Shown here: positions 58,087 to 64,000 of the stretch, piece after piece
Numbering within the stretch: the stretch's first letter is position 1
Layout: each line of letters starts with the position of its first letter
From: Gammaproteobacteria bacterium
GTDB taxonomy: Bacteria; Pseudomonadota; Gammaproteobacteria; Burkholderiales; SHXO01
DNA length: 64,000 bases
Direction: 5' to 3'
Assembly (NCBI GenBank): GCA_041488255.1
Contig: JBGPOV010000005.1
Location: forward strand, 15,246-79,245
Translations under genes and position numbers: made by a program
Notes under the pieces: generated by a model
Database searches by the model: none
Told to the model about the DNA's origin: nothing
What the model saw: only the letters and a program-made list of their open reading frames with translations

Positions 58087-58587
58087 CTAACTGGACAGAG
58101 ACCGAATAAAAGCTTCGGGGTGTTCCGGCGTAATCAACCACGGCCGCTCGTCAACGCGCTCGATCCAAACGAAGCCGTCGGTGCGCGAAATGTACATCTG
58201 TACGATTCCCCGCCGGGCGGTCCACAGCCAGCCGAACCCGCCCCAAAGGCCGCCGGCGCCGACGCGCATGCCCCAGCCAACTTGCTGTCGCAGCTCTCCT
58301 TTGTCGATGAGACGCACATCGGCGATCTCTTCCCGGCGTATTTGCCGGCGCTTGAGTGGCCAGATCACCTCGAGAACCCCGGGCCGAACTACAAAGAGGG
58401 TTGGCCGGAACCGCAGCCACACCCAGGCGTAGATGGCGACGAGCAACAGCCCGGGGATCGCCAACCGGCCTCCTCCGATAACCGCATTCGCCAAGAATAC
58501 GAGTGGCAATGCTAACAGAGCAAGTGTGAGCACCAGTATCAGCGGCGACATAGGTGCGAGTCTAAAGCTATTTGCCGCAGTGCTCAT
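58087..58587 (-). CDS. Membrane protein with bacterial PH-like domain
   Basis: 166 aa. Two N-terminal TM helices, then a soluble domain resembling bPH_2 (YdbS/YdbT-like). Confidence 0.5.
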   Translation of the reverse strand: MSTAANSFRLAPMSPLILVLTLALLALPLVFLANAVIGGGRLAIPGLLLVAIYAWVWLRFRPTLFVVRPGVLEVIWPLKRRQIRREEIADVRLIDKGELRQQVGWGMRVGAGGLWGGFGWLWTARRGIVQMYISRTDGFVWIERVDERPWLITPEHPEAFIRSLSS

Positions 58588-58689
58588 TGCATGCGCGTCG
58601 GGTCACGAACCCTAGAAGATGACGGAGGCTTTGCATATGAAACTCGGCGGCCAAAGGCAAAAAGTCAGGGGTGCGGCTTCATAAGCGAT

Positions 58690-59151
58690 TCAACCGGCTT
58701 CTACCACGACCTCCGACTTGAGCGAGTTGGCGATGTAGCACTGCTCGTGTGCCGTATGATGCAGCGACTCCAACTCCTCGGCGGCAGGCGACCGATCCGC
58801 CGAGAACTCAATCTTGGGGCGCAAGGTGATGCGAGTAATGGCCAGCTTCCCTGCTGAGTTCTTCTCCATCACCCCGAAGGCGTGGTCCAAGTAGCTTTCC
58901 ACGACAAATCCACGCTTGGCAGCGAGGTAGAGGAACGTGAGCATGTGGCAACTGGACGCGGAGGCAACCAGAGCCTCCTCGGGGTCGACCGCTTCGACAA
59001 CCGAGTAGGGCAGCGGAACTGAGTTCGGGGAGGAGGAGCCGGTGACTGTCACTCCGCCATCGAAAGACCACTGGTGGCCTCGGCTATAGCGATTGTCGGA
59101 GAACTTGGCCCCATTGCGCTTCCAACTGATTCGAGCTTCATACCTGTGCAC
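58690..59151 (-). CDS. OsmC/Ohr-family peroxiredoxin-like protein
   Basis: ORF to ATG 59205. GTG 59151 is preferred (AAGGAG plus 6-nt spacer), giving ~153 aa. OsmC-like Cys pair (ASSCHMLTF ... EQCYIANS). Confidence 0.75.
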   Translation of the reverse strand: MHRYEARISWKRNGAKFSDNRYSRGHQWSFDGGVTVTGSSSPNSVPLPYSVVEAVDPEEALVASASSCHMLTFLYLAAKRGFVVESYLDHAFGVMEKNSAGKLAITRITLRPKIEFSADRSPAAEELESLHHTAHEQCYIANSLKSEVVVEAG

Positions 59152-59247
59152 CGTGAACTCCTTTCCAAAGCCGGGTAAGGACACGCAACGATCCTTCGGC
59201 GGCATCTGGTTCCTCCCAGTAATCTTCTCCCACAGCGTTCGGTGCTG

Positions 59248-60366
59248 CTATTTGATGTGTTTCGCCAATTGCCTCGGGCCGACTTCTGCGCCGTACACAT
59301 TGCCCTTCATATCGACCGCTATACCCTCCGCCGCGCTGGTTCCGGTCATTTCCAGCGGATCAGGAATACGATACAGGACATCGCCATCTTTGAGGTTTCC
59401 AATTCGGATACCCCTCTTCCATCCCGGGTGGGTTGCAGATGGGAATCCGTTCGATTCTGAATCGGCCACATAGATCATGTCGTCCCGTATGTAAACGCCG
59501 CTCGGGCGACTGAACTGCTTCCACTCTGCGATGAACGTGCCGTCCCGATCGAAAATCTGAATGCGCATGTTCCCCCGGTCAGCGACGAAGAGCCGTCCCA
59601 GCGAATCCATAGCGAGGTCGTGAGGCGTCCTGAATTCTCCCGGCCCCGATCCCAACTTACCAAAGGACTTGATGAACTTGCCGTCCTTCGTGAACCTCGA
59701 GATGCGTGCGACTGTATCCGGTGGAGCGTTGTCGGCCTGCCCTGAATGGCCCTCCGCGATGAATATGTCACCACTCGGTGCCACTACGACACTGGTCGGT
59801 TCAGTCAAGGCCTCCGGCGGATTTCCGGCTACTCCCGCCTTCCCAAGTGTCAGCAGCACCTCGCCATCTGGACTGAATTTGATGACCACGTGACCCTTTG
59901 CCTTTTCCTCCGGGTTCTTCTTGCGTTCCCGTTCGTTTGCACCCCTTGCATCGGCCACCCATACGTTGCCGTCCCGATCCACATAGATCTTGTGGGGAAA
60001 AATGAACATGCCGGCGCCAAAGCTTTTCAGAAGGTCGCCGGATGAATCAAACTTGAGCACCGGCGGCAGGGCTGAACCGGCGCAGCTGTCGAACGCGAAC
60101 GGGGACGCCCCAGGCGGGGTGTCCGGATTCGTACCGCATCGGTCCGCCACCCAGACGGATTCGCCATCATTGTCGATTGCGACGGCATTCAGCGCCCCCC
60201 ACGTCCTTCCCTCCGGTAGTTTTCCCCACGGTGCGATGGTCTGGTACGGATTGGGCAGATCATTGGTCGGCTGGACATCGCCCTCCGGGGATGTACCCGC
60301 GCCGCACAGCGTTATTGCGGCGACCGTCACCAGCATCAGCAACCTCAATCGATCTGTGTGTGGCAT
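59248..60366 (-). CDS. Secreted NHL-repeat six-bladed beta-propeller protein (peptidyl-alpha-hydroxyglycine lyase-like)
   Basis: 372 aa with a signal peptide. Repeated ...G.(I/V)(W/F/Y)VAD... blades (VWVADR, VWVADA, IFIAEG, LFVADR, IYVADS). Confidence 0.65.
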   Translation of the reverse strand: MPHTDRLRLLMLVTVAAITLCGAGTSPEGDVQPTNDLPNPYQTIAPWGKLPEGRTWGALNAVAIDNDGESVWVADRCGTNPDTPPGASPFAFDSCAGSALPPVLKFDSSGDLLKSFGAGMFIFPHKIYVDRDGNVWVADARGANERERKKNPEEKAKGHVVIKFSPDGEVLLTLGKAGVAGNPPEALTEPTSVVVAPSGDIFIAEGHSGQADNAPPDTVARISRFTKDGKFIKSFGKLGSGPGEFRTPHDLAMDSLGRLFVADRGNMRIQIFDRDGTFIAEWKQFSRPSGVYIRDDMIYVADSESNGFPSATHPGWKRGIRIGNLKDGDVLYRIPDPLEMTGTSAAEGIAVDMKGNVYGAEVGPRQLAKHIK

Positions 60367-60431
60367 GGGATCACTCCTTGAAAACTCAATCCTCTGACGA
60401 CGTTCGCGCGTCCTCTAGGTCCAGATAGGAG

Positions 60432-61343
60432 TTAGGCTACCGATAGCCATTTCTTGAAGAACTCGGTTTGCACCCGGCTAGCCTCGTCAAAGAGCTCGCT
60501 GGGGTAATACAGGAGTCCGAAATGGCCGTCAGCGATGTCATACCACTGTTTGGGACCGGGCATGAGCTGATAGGCTTGTTTGGCCACCGAGTAATTACAG
60601 TGCACCATCTCGTCCTCCGGTGCCACCATCATCAGAGCGGGCGCTTCAAGAAAAGGTGCGCACAGCACAGGGTTGTACGGTATCCGTGTCGGCGGTAGCA
60701 CCCGCGTGACACGGTTGATCCAGCGAGAGCCGGGGCGGCCCCCGTAGTCAATGAACCAACGGAACGCCTGGATCGGCTGAAGCAGCGACGGCGTACCGGC
60801 CTGGTCGAACGACACAGCCGGAATCGGACCGGTCGTCGTCTCTGGCGATCCGCGAACATCGCCCCGCAGCAATATTTCCTTGATCGTCTCGAAATTAGCG
60901 CTGTTCGCTTCAACGGATGGGGGCTCCGCGCCAAACACGGGACCTTGGGCGACGACGACTTTGACTCGGTGATCGATTGCGCCGACGACGACCACCTGCC
61001 CGCCCGTGTAGCTGTCGCCCCAAAGCGCAATTCGCTCGGGATCGACCTCATCCAACCGCTCGACGTAGTTAATCGCATCGCGGTAGCCTCGACATTGAAT
61101 CCAGGGATTGATCTCCTGCCGAGGTTCTCCGCCGCTCCTCCCGAAGCTTCTGTGGTCATAGAGCAAGACTGCCAAACCCGCTCGACAAAATGCCTCGGCA
61201 TACTTATCGGCCACCATGTAGATGGTGGCGGATGTTCCATGCGCCATGATGATGACGGGTGGCTTCTCCTTCCGCCTCTCCGGCAAAAAAAACCATCCTC
61301 GGAGCGTCGCCCCTTCCGACGGAAACTCAACTTCCTTGATCAT
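60432..61343 (-). CDS. Alpha/beta hydrolase (dienelactone-hydrolase / acetyl-esterase-like)
   Basis: 303 aa. Nucleophile elbow GDSYTGG. Overall alpha/beta-hydrolase pattern. Confidence 0.75.
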   Translation of the reverse strand: MIKEVEFPSEGATLRGWFFLPERRKEKPPVIIMAHGTSATIYMVADKYAEAFCRAGLAVLLYDHRSFGRSGGEPRQEINPWIQCRGYRDAINYVERLDEVDPERIALWGDSYTGGQVVVVGAIDHRVKVVVAQGPVFGAEPPSVEANSANFETIKEILLRGDVRGSPETTTGPIPAVSFDQAGTPSLLQPIQAFRWFIDYGGRPGSRWINRVTRVLPPTRIPYNPVLCAPFLEAPALMMVAPEDEMVHCNYSVAKQAYQLMPGPKQWYDIADGHFGLLYYPSELFDEASRVQTEFFKKWLSVA

Positions 61344-61398
61344 TTTTCAGCCCCCGGAGATCGTTGCTTGCAGGTGGTTGCCCTGACGAGTCGCTTTC

Positions 61399-61980
61399 TC
61401 ACGCGCGCGCCAGAACCGTTGTGTCCGCTTGGCGGCCAAGTTCGACCAACCGCAGGCTGCCGTTCCCCGCTTCCACGCAAGTGATCGAGGCGTGATCGGG
61501 CCGAAAGCACACGACATCCTCGCGAGAGTGCGCCGCCCCGACGGCGACGTTGATCGCAATAAAGTGAGAGAAGACGACGCTGTCCCGGGGTAGGCGAGCG
61601 AGCGAATCCAGCAGGGTTTGCCGCCACGCAAGATAGTCGGGGGAGCCTGCCGGGGCGAGATCGTTCAACTCACGCCACGTTCCCCGCATGGCCTGTTGCA
61701 GCCATTGTTGCCGCGCTCGAAGATCAAGCGGCGGCGAAGGAAGTTCGGCGGCCGGCTCGAAGACTTCCGCTGGCCGCTGCCACAGCCGTTCGAGTGGACG
61801 CGCCGTTTCGCGGCAGCGGCGCAATGGGCTCGTATAGATCGGCGTGGGATTCAGCGTCTGTGCGAGGGTCCGAGCCGCAGCTTCGGCTTGCTGTTGGCCG
61901 GTGGCATCGAGACCCGGGTCCGCCTCTTCGCCCCAGCCGGCCGCGGGACGGCCGTGCCGGATCAGATAGAGTTTCGGCAT
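61399..61980 (-). CDS. Histidine phosphatase (phosphoglycerate-mutase) family protein
   Basis: 193 aa with N-terminal LIRHGRP catalytic motif. Confidence 0.8.
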   Translation of the reverse strand: MPKLYLIRHGRPAAGWGEEADPGLDATGQQQAEAAARTLAQTLNPTPIYTSPLRRCRETARPLERLWQRPAEVFEPAAELPSPPLDLRARQQWLQQAMRGTWRELNDLAPAGSPDYLAWRQTLLDSLARLPRDSVVFSHFIAINVAVGAAHSREDVVCFRPDHASITCVEAGNGSLRLVELGRQADTTVLARA

Positions 61981-62021
61981 GCGCTGGATTCCAACTTACG
62001 ATAGCAGAAATAACTCAGCGT

Positions 62022-62040
62022 CTAACGGCACGCCGTTCAG
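62022..62040. repeat. Short palindrome CTAACGGCACGCCGTTCAG downstream of brnT, related to the one at 62415-62435
   Basis: Read directly. Shares AACGGC...GTTCAG with the upstream copy, in the same orientation. Confidence 0.6.
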
Positions 62041-62066
62041 TGGGCGCGGCGATCACGCCAACAAAG

Positions 62067-62357
62067 TCAAAGCGCCGCTGCTCCGCGCCTCTGCCGCAGA
62101 GGCTGGTTCGGTGGCTCCCGCCCACTCTCCTCCATCCGAGCCAGCGGATAAGCGCCCCGCTCGGTATGCGCGACCACCAAAAGACGCCCTTGAGACGAGA
62201 CCCCGAAAGTGATGTATCGAGTCTCGCCGGTCGAGTGATCGGGGTCTCGGCCCGTTATGGCTAGGTTGTCTCGGAGGCCGGTTGTCGCCTCCTCGAATGA
62301 AATGCCGTGCTTCAGCAGATTTGCGGCAGTCTTCCGCGGATCCCATTCAAAGCGCAT
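62067..62357 (-). CDS. brnT: BrnT-family (DUF497) toxin, no cognate BrnA antitoxin gene
   Basis: 96 aa. MRFEWDPRKTAANLLKHGISFEEA...HSTGETRYITFG...GRLLVVAHTERG is the DUF497 signature, but the C-terminal ~25 aa diverge. Only 86 nt separate it from the next gene. Confidence 0.8.
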   Translation of the reverse strand: MRFEWDPRKTAANLLKHGISFEEATTGLRDNLAITGRDPDHSTGETRYITFGVSSQGRLLVVAHTERGAYPLARMEESGREPPNQPLRQRRGAAAL

Positions 62358-62363
62358 GGGAGC

Positions 62364-62369
62364 ATTATA
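62364..62369 (-). promoter_or_regulatory. Perfect TATAAT 6 nt upstream of the brnT ATG (possible leaderless transcript)
   Basis: Minus strand reads TATAAT-gctccc-ATG. There is no SD and no good -35. Confidence 0.3.
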
Positions 62370-62414
62370 GGGAGGAGGCTAGAAAGACGCCCAACGTTGG
62401 CAGTGAGGAGGGTA

Positions 62415-62435
62415 CTGAACGGCGCCGCTGTTCAG
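62415..62435. repeat. Palindrome CTGAACGGCGCCGCTGTTCAG upstream of brnT
   Basis: Read directly. Forms a near-perfect hairpin and is related to 62022-62040. Confidence 0.6.
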
Positions 62436-62471
62436 CGCTCCTCTTGATTGCCTTGTTAGCCATCGATCCAC

Positions 62472-62963
62472 TCATTTCATCGACCCGCGGACACACTCGG
62501 CAAGCTTCTGTCGTGCAGCAACACCGATCAATTCTTGGCATCTCAGGGCGTCCGCTGCGATTGATGAGAAGGACACGATGGGCTTTCCCTCGGCCTTCTC
62601 GCGTATGCAACTCTGACTTCGAAAAACGTAATACGTAAGGGAGTGCACTTTTGGATACGTGAATAGATCGTCGAGGTTCTCGGCGACGACATGCGTCAAG
62701 CGCAGCCTGTCCGGCATCCCCTTGGGAAGTCGCTCGAGTGCCTGCGCTTTCGTCAACCCCCGATCACGCATCGCCGCGATGAACAATGCGGAATTCGCCT
62801 CAGGTCTACAAAGGCCCTGGAGGTGTGCGGCATACTGTTCCGGTTCCGGAAAATCCCACTGTAGATCGCCACTGCCCTTCTCCTCGGCAACACAGAGCGG
62901 GGAGACTAAGGCAAGCGTGACGAGGATCGTGGCGGTCAGCGTTTGCACCATCGTTTGTTCCAT
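62472..62963 (-). CDS. Hypothetical secreted protein
   Basis: ORF to 62999. ATG 62963 or 62951 gives signal peptide MVQTLTATILVTLALVSPLCVA. Lower GC than the core. I recognise no family. Confidence 0.45.
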   Translation of the reverse strand: MEQTMVQTLTATILVTLALVSPLCVAEEKGSGDLQWDFPEPEQYAAHLQGLCRPEANSALFIAAMRDRGLTKAQALERLPKGMPDRLRLTHVVAENLDDLFTYPKVHSLTYYVFRSQSCIREKAEGKPIVSFSSIAADALRCQELIGVAARQKLAECVRGSMK

Positions 62964-63038
62964 GGGTAACGACGGCAATAACTTGCCGGACAACAGCAAG
63001 CGAACCGCAGCCGTTGGACGGTCAAGTTCATTGCCAGG

Positions 63039-64000
63039 TTAGACATCCTCGGCCAAGAGCGTCTTTTCAAGATGTGCTTTCCCTTTACGGGTGAGTCTCC
63101 AAGCCGCTTTGTTTCCCCCGAGATTGGGCACGCGTTCCAGGAGGCCACGGTCTCGCAACCGATAGAACACGCTCTTCATTGCGTTCTCCGACTCTAGTCC
63201 GGTCAGCTGCCGGCCGACGGGGTTCGTGATTGTGGCGTGCGTGCGAAAGTAATCGAGGACAATGTCTTCGGCGGACGCGAGCTTTTCGTGTCGTATGTGA
63301 ACAACAACCGAGTTTTCCTTCTCCTCGATTACGGGTTCTTTCAAGCGTAGCCGCTTCATGGCTGCGAAAGCAGTGTTTAGGCCCTCACCTACGTCTTTGT
63401 TGGGTGGGTCTGGAAACTTGTTGATGACACGGACCAGGTTCCCGTTTCGCGCGAAGCGCTCGCTTAGGATGTTCCGCGGCGTGATATGCGCAGGTAGCTT
63501 GCCCGGACTTTCAACTTCCACTCTGTTTTCGAAGATACGAATGTGAACGTCGTCCGCGGACGAATAGTCGCGGTGCAGAACGGCGTTCGTGATTACCTCG
63601 TGGAGGGTCTCTGGCGGGTACTCTATTGGAACCAGGCCTTCCGGTCCAAGAACACGGAGTTCGTTGATGATTTCCTGGGTCTGCGCAACGGCTTGATGAA
63701 CGAGATCGTAGGCACAGCCTTCTACAGAGATCGGATTTCCAACCAACGTCTCCCTTGTTCCCTCAGCAAGAGTCGTCTTGTATCTGTAGATCTTCAGTCC
63801 ACTTCGCTTGGGCAGAAGAGCCTGCGGGAGGTCCGAGAATAGAAGCACTCCAGCAACTGTCGGCTTCTCGTTCTGGATAAGTTGCTGCTTTCGAAGCCAC
63901 GGTTCCGGCTCCGCTGTCGGTATCACCTCCAACATGAACCGGATGATCGTTGCGCTATTTGAGATTTCAACTGGGTCTGCGCTCACTGTCTCGTTTTCGA
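63039..64000 (-). CDS. AAA-4 / HATPase_c_4-type ATP-binding protein with C-terminal winged-helix (Schlafen AlbA_2-associated family), 5' end outside the window
   Basis: The reading frame stays open to base 64000 (the track start at 63986 is only a GTG). EVITNAVLHRDY and VESPGKLP are typical of the HATPase_c_4 module. C-terminal wHTH-like segment. Confidence 0.65.
   Translation of the reverse strand, partial: ENETVSADPVEISNSATIIRFMLEVIPTAEPEPWLRKQQLIQNEKPTVAGVLLFSDLPQALLPKRSGLKIYRYKTTLAEGTRETLVGNPISVEGCAYDLVHQAVAQTQEIINELRVLGPEGLVPIEYPPETLHEVITNAVLHRDYSSADDVHIRIFENRVEVESPGKLPAHITPRNILSERFARNGNLVRVINKFPDPPNKDVGEGLNTAFAAMKRLRLKEPVIEEKENSVVVHIRHEKLASAEDIVLDYFRTHATITNPVGRQLTGLESENAMKSVFYRLRDRGLLERVPNLGGNKAAWRLTRKGKAHLEKTLLAEDV

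Noticed and set aside
62022-62435. The palindromes flanking brnT as integron attC sites (GTTAGAC fits GTTRRRY).
   Set aside because: At 19-21 nt they are much shorter than attC (typically 57-141 bp). The R'' side fits poorly, and there is no intI or cassette array nearby.
62365-62460. A small ORF (MANKAIKRSAEQRRRSVPSSLPTLGVFLASSL) upstream of brnT as a possible antitoxin.
   Set aside because: It has no RHH/BrnA-like pattern. It lies on the wrong side for brnTA operons, spans the hairpin and the -10 box, and has no SD.

Overview
This is a high-GC proteobacterial chromosomal segment. Its gene order resembles Pseudomonas-type gamma/betaproteobacteria, and it holds about 60 densely packed genes. 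I saw no rRNA, tRNA, CRISPR array, transposase or integrase.

Positions 1-45 kb are ordinary core genome:
- purH-fis-dusB, ubiH-pepP, paiB-like, murU-amgK divergent from lptD-surA-rsmA (no pdxA)
- gloA-rubredoxin, thiD-thiE-hemL, cytochrome c4 divergent from engB, hemB
- mrcA divergent from pilMNOPQ-aroK-aroB, a dGTPase-like gene, gltBD, hemE, priA, argS
- a SPOR protein, two DsbA paralogues, SDR, HAD, TPR and cupin genes

The ORF track uses ATG, GTG and TTG and reports the longest ORFs. Several real starts are therefore internal, for example GTGA or ATGA stop/start overlaps. Many long mirror-frame ORFs are GC artefacts.

The best candidate for an uncharacterised system is the operon at about 45.6-54.3 kb. 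It combines a ribose/TorT-type ABC importer with LamB/YcsF (PxpA-like), a GST, an 81-aa biotin carrier, a biotin carboxylase and AHS1/AHS2 (PxpB/PxpC-like) subunits. Together these look like a split urea-carboxylase-like biotin enzyme of unknown substrate. A solitary bioB follows it.

Other points worth a second look:
- an orphan minus-strand intrinsic terminator and structured spacer between engB and hemB (candidate sRNA)
- heptad and palindromic repeat elements flanking gltD
- a perfect 28-bp palindrome inside the ABC operon
- a 12-bp tandem duplication at the end of fis
- a lower-GC accessory tail (about 55.5-64 kb), with an antitoxin-less brnT flanked by similar palindromes and a partial Schlafen/AAA-4-type gene at the window edge

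Nothing here is demonstrably novel from sequence alone. All functional ideas are inference.
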